DNA of 64,000 nucleotides, taken from an uncultured Solirubrobacteraceae bacterium. GTDB lineage: Bacteria; Actinomycetota; Thermoleophilia; Solirubrobacterales; Solirubrobacteraceae. Positions 62,627 to 64,000 of this stretch are shown piece after piece. Numbering within the stretch: position 1 is the first letter of the stretch; every line of letters begins with the position of its first letter. The notes beneath the pieces were generated by a model. It was not told where the DNA came from and did no database searches. It worked only from the letters and a program-made list of their open reading frames with translations. The translations under genes were made by a program, and so were the position numbers. The stretch lies in assembly GCA_963844555.1 (NCBI GenBank), contig CAWJOS010000003.1:1061-65060 (forward strand). The letters are read 5' to 3'.

Positions 62627-64000
62627 TCTTCCGCCAGCTCATCCACGACGACCTCGGCTGCGCGTCGTACTTCATCGGCGACGAGACGGCCGGCGTCGCC
62701 GCTGTGGTCGACCCCAAGCTCGACGTCGACGAGTACGTGGCGCTGGCACGCTACATGGGCGTGCGCATCGAGCACGTCCTGGAGACCCACAACCACGCCG
62801 ACCACGTCTCCGGCCACGGCCGCTTGGCCGCGGCCACCGGCGCGACCATCCACATCCATCGCCTCGCCGACCCCGGCTATGACCACGAGCCGTTCGACGA
62901 CGGGTGGGAGCTGCAGTTGGGACGCGTCGTCGTCCGCGCACTCCATACCCCCGGGCATCGCCCGGAGCACACCGCGTTTGCTCTCATCGACACCGCCCGT
63001 GGTGATGAGCCATGGGCGGTTCTGAGCGGCGACACCCTGTTCGTGGGCGACATCGCGCGCCCGGACCTGGCGGTGGAGAAGACCGCGGGCGCCCGCGGGA
63101 TCCACCAGTCGCTACAGACGAAACTGCTCAGTCTCCCCGACTCGTGTGAGGTGTGGCCGGGCCATCTCGGCGGATCGCTCTGTGGCGGCCCCGGGATGGA
63201 CATGAAGACCTCATCGACCATCGCCTACGAGCGTGAGCACAATCCGTTGCTGCGCATTGCCGACCCGGACGCCTTCGTGGAGCGCACGACGACCAGGCTC
63301 GGCGTCCAGCCGCCGAACTTCCAGGCCATCGTGGCGCTCAATCGCGGTCCGCTCAATCCTCACCGCACGGACCCGGAGCCGCTGACGCCGCGGCAGGTCG
63401 TCCGCCTCCAGGCCGACGGTGCGCAGGTGGTCGACGTGCGCACCGACCTCGAGTTCGACGGCGCGCACATCCCGGGCGCCGTCTGCAACCCGGCGGTCCG
63501 CGCCGGCTTCGGCACCAAGCTCGGCTGGGTCACCGACCGCCAGCGGCCGGTCGTGTTCGCCGGCCGCGACGACGAGGACGCCCGGCATGCGGCCAGGCTC
63601 GCCGCCGCCGTCGGCATCACCAACATCGCCGGCCATCTCGCCGGCGGCATGACCAGCTGGCGGGAGGAGAAGCTGCCCGTGGCGTCGGTGCGCCGCGTCG
63701 ACGTCCCCGGTCTCCATGACATGGCCGGCGAGGTGCAGGTGCTCGACGTCCGCGAGGCAGCGGAATGGGAGCAGGGCCACCTCCCCGGGTCCGTCCACAC
63801 TCCGTACCACGACATCACCGGCGTCCCCGGCGGCCTCGACCCTGAGGCGCCGATCGCCGTCATCTGCTCCTCGGGCCAGCGCAGCGCCGTGGCGGCGTCG
63901 CTGCTGCTGCATGCCGGTGCGGGCGAGGTCATCCACGTCGCCGACGGTGGCGTGGGCACGTGGATCGCCCACGGCTGGCCCATCCAGCAGACGCTCCTGG
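62623..64000 (+). CDS. MBL-fold persulfide dioxygenase fused to two rhodanese domains (3' end beyond window)
   Basis: Translated by hand; absent from the ORF track because there is no stop. HNHADHVSGH, HTPGHRPEH, then a rhodanese-like domain without Cys and a second with CSSGQRS. GTGA overlap with the rhodanese gene. Confidence 0.85.
   Translation, partial: MIFRQLIHDDLGCASYFIGDETAGVAAVVDPKLDVDEYVALARYMGVRIEHVLETHNHADHVSGHGRLAAATGATIHIHRLADPGYDHEPFDDGWELQLGRVVVRALHTPGHRPEHTAFALIDTARGDEPWAVLSGDTLFVGDIARPDLAVEKTAGARGIHQSLQTKLLSLPDSCEVWPGHLGGSLCGGPGMDMKTSSTIAYEREHNPLLRIADPDAFVERTTTRLGVQPPNFQAIVALNRGPLNPHRTDPEPLTPRQVVRLQADGAQVVDVRTDLEFDGAHIPGAVCNPAVRAGFGTKLGWVTDRQRPVVFAGRDDEDARHAARLAAAVGITNIAGHLAGGMTSWREEKLPVASVRRVDVPGLHDMAGEVQVLDVREAAEWEQGHLPGSVHTPYHDITGVPGGLDPEAPIAVICSSGQRSAVAASLLLHAGAGEVIHVADGGVGTWIAHGWPIQQTLL

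Overview
High-GC (roughly 70% by eye) chromosomal segment with Actinomycetota-type gene order. I cannot name the organism from sequence alone. Coding density is high, mostly on the + strand up to about 38 kb and mixed after that.

(1) 0-18.9 kb is an accessory, transport-rich stretch. It holds a DUF1269 fragment, membrane proteins, GNAT, an HD-domain protein, an MIP aquaporin, a 753-aa MalT/LuxR-type regulator, a DUF1254/DUF1214 protein with a 244-aa partner, a ClC channel, a 2-TM K+ channel, a YbdK ligase plus class-II amidotransferase, and DUF202. It ends in a decayed integrative element (two broken tyrosine-recombinase fragments) next to tRNA-Met(CAT).

(2) 18.9-36.0 kb is a conserved housekeeping block: formimidoyltransferase, MBL hydrolase, hisS, aspS, YciI, mnmA, alaS, ruvX, mltG, aroE, aroC, fused aroK-aroB, aroQ, M24 peptidase, nusB.

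(3) 36-64 kb is a mosaic of regulators and small operons:
- OmpR/HK two-component pair, lipoprotein phosphoesterase, double-hotdog thioesterase.
- Isochorismatase, archease-RtcB, PlsC.
- MarR-USP-MFS, F420/enoyl-CoA enzymes.
- AAA+ ATPase with a divergent small wHTH gene.
- ECF sigma with SnoaL-like tail, STAS, TetR-SDR.
- GntR-ABC (ATPase frameshifted), GFA.
- ArsR-rhodanese-persulfide-dioxygenase operon running off the window end.

There are no rRNA genes, CRISPR arrays, intact transposases or phage genes. I found no complete, clearly novel multi-gene system. The most unexplained signals are:
- A perfect palindrome AATCACCCGGGTGA present three times around the LuxR locus.
- A four-half-site GTATGC operator array between the AAA+ ATPase and the small wHTH gene.
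- An IscU-like domain fused to MnmA.
- An 11-copy 18-bp in-frame repeat in mltG.
- At least five genes with out-of-frame continuations. Two of the breaks fall at C/G homopolymer runs. This means either assembly indels or real gene decay.
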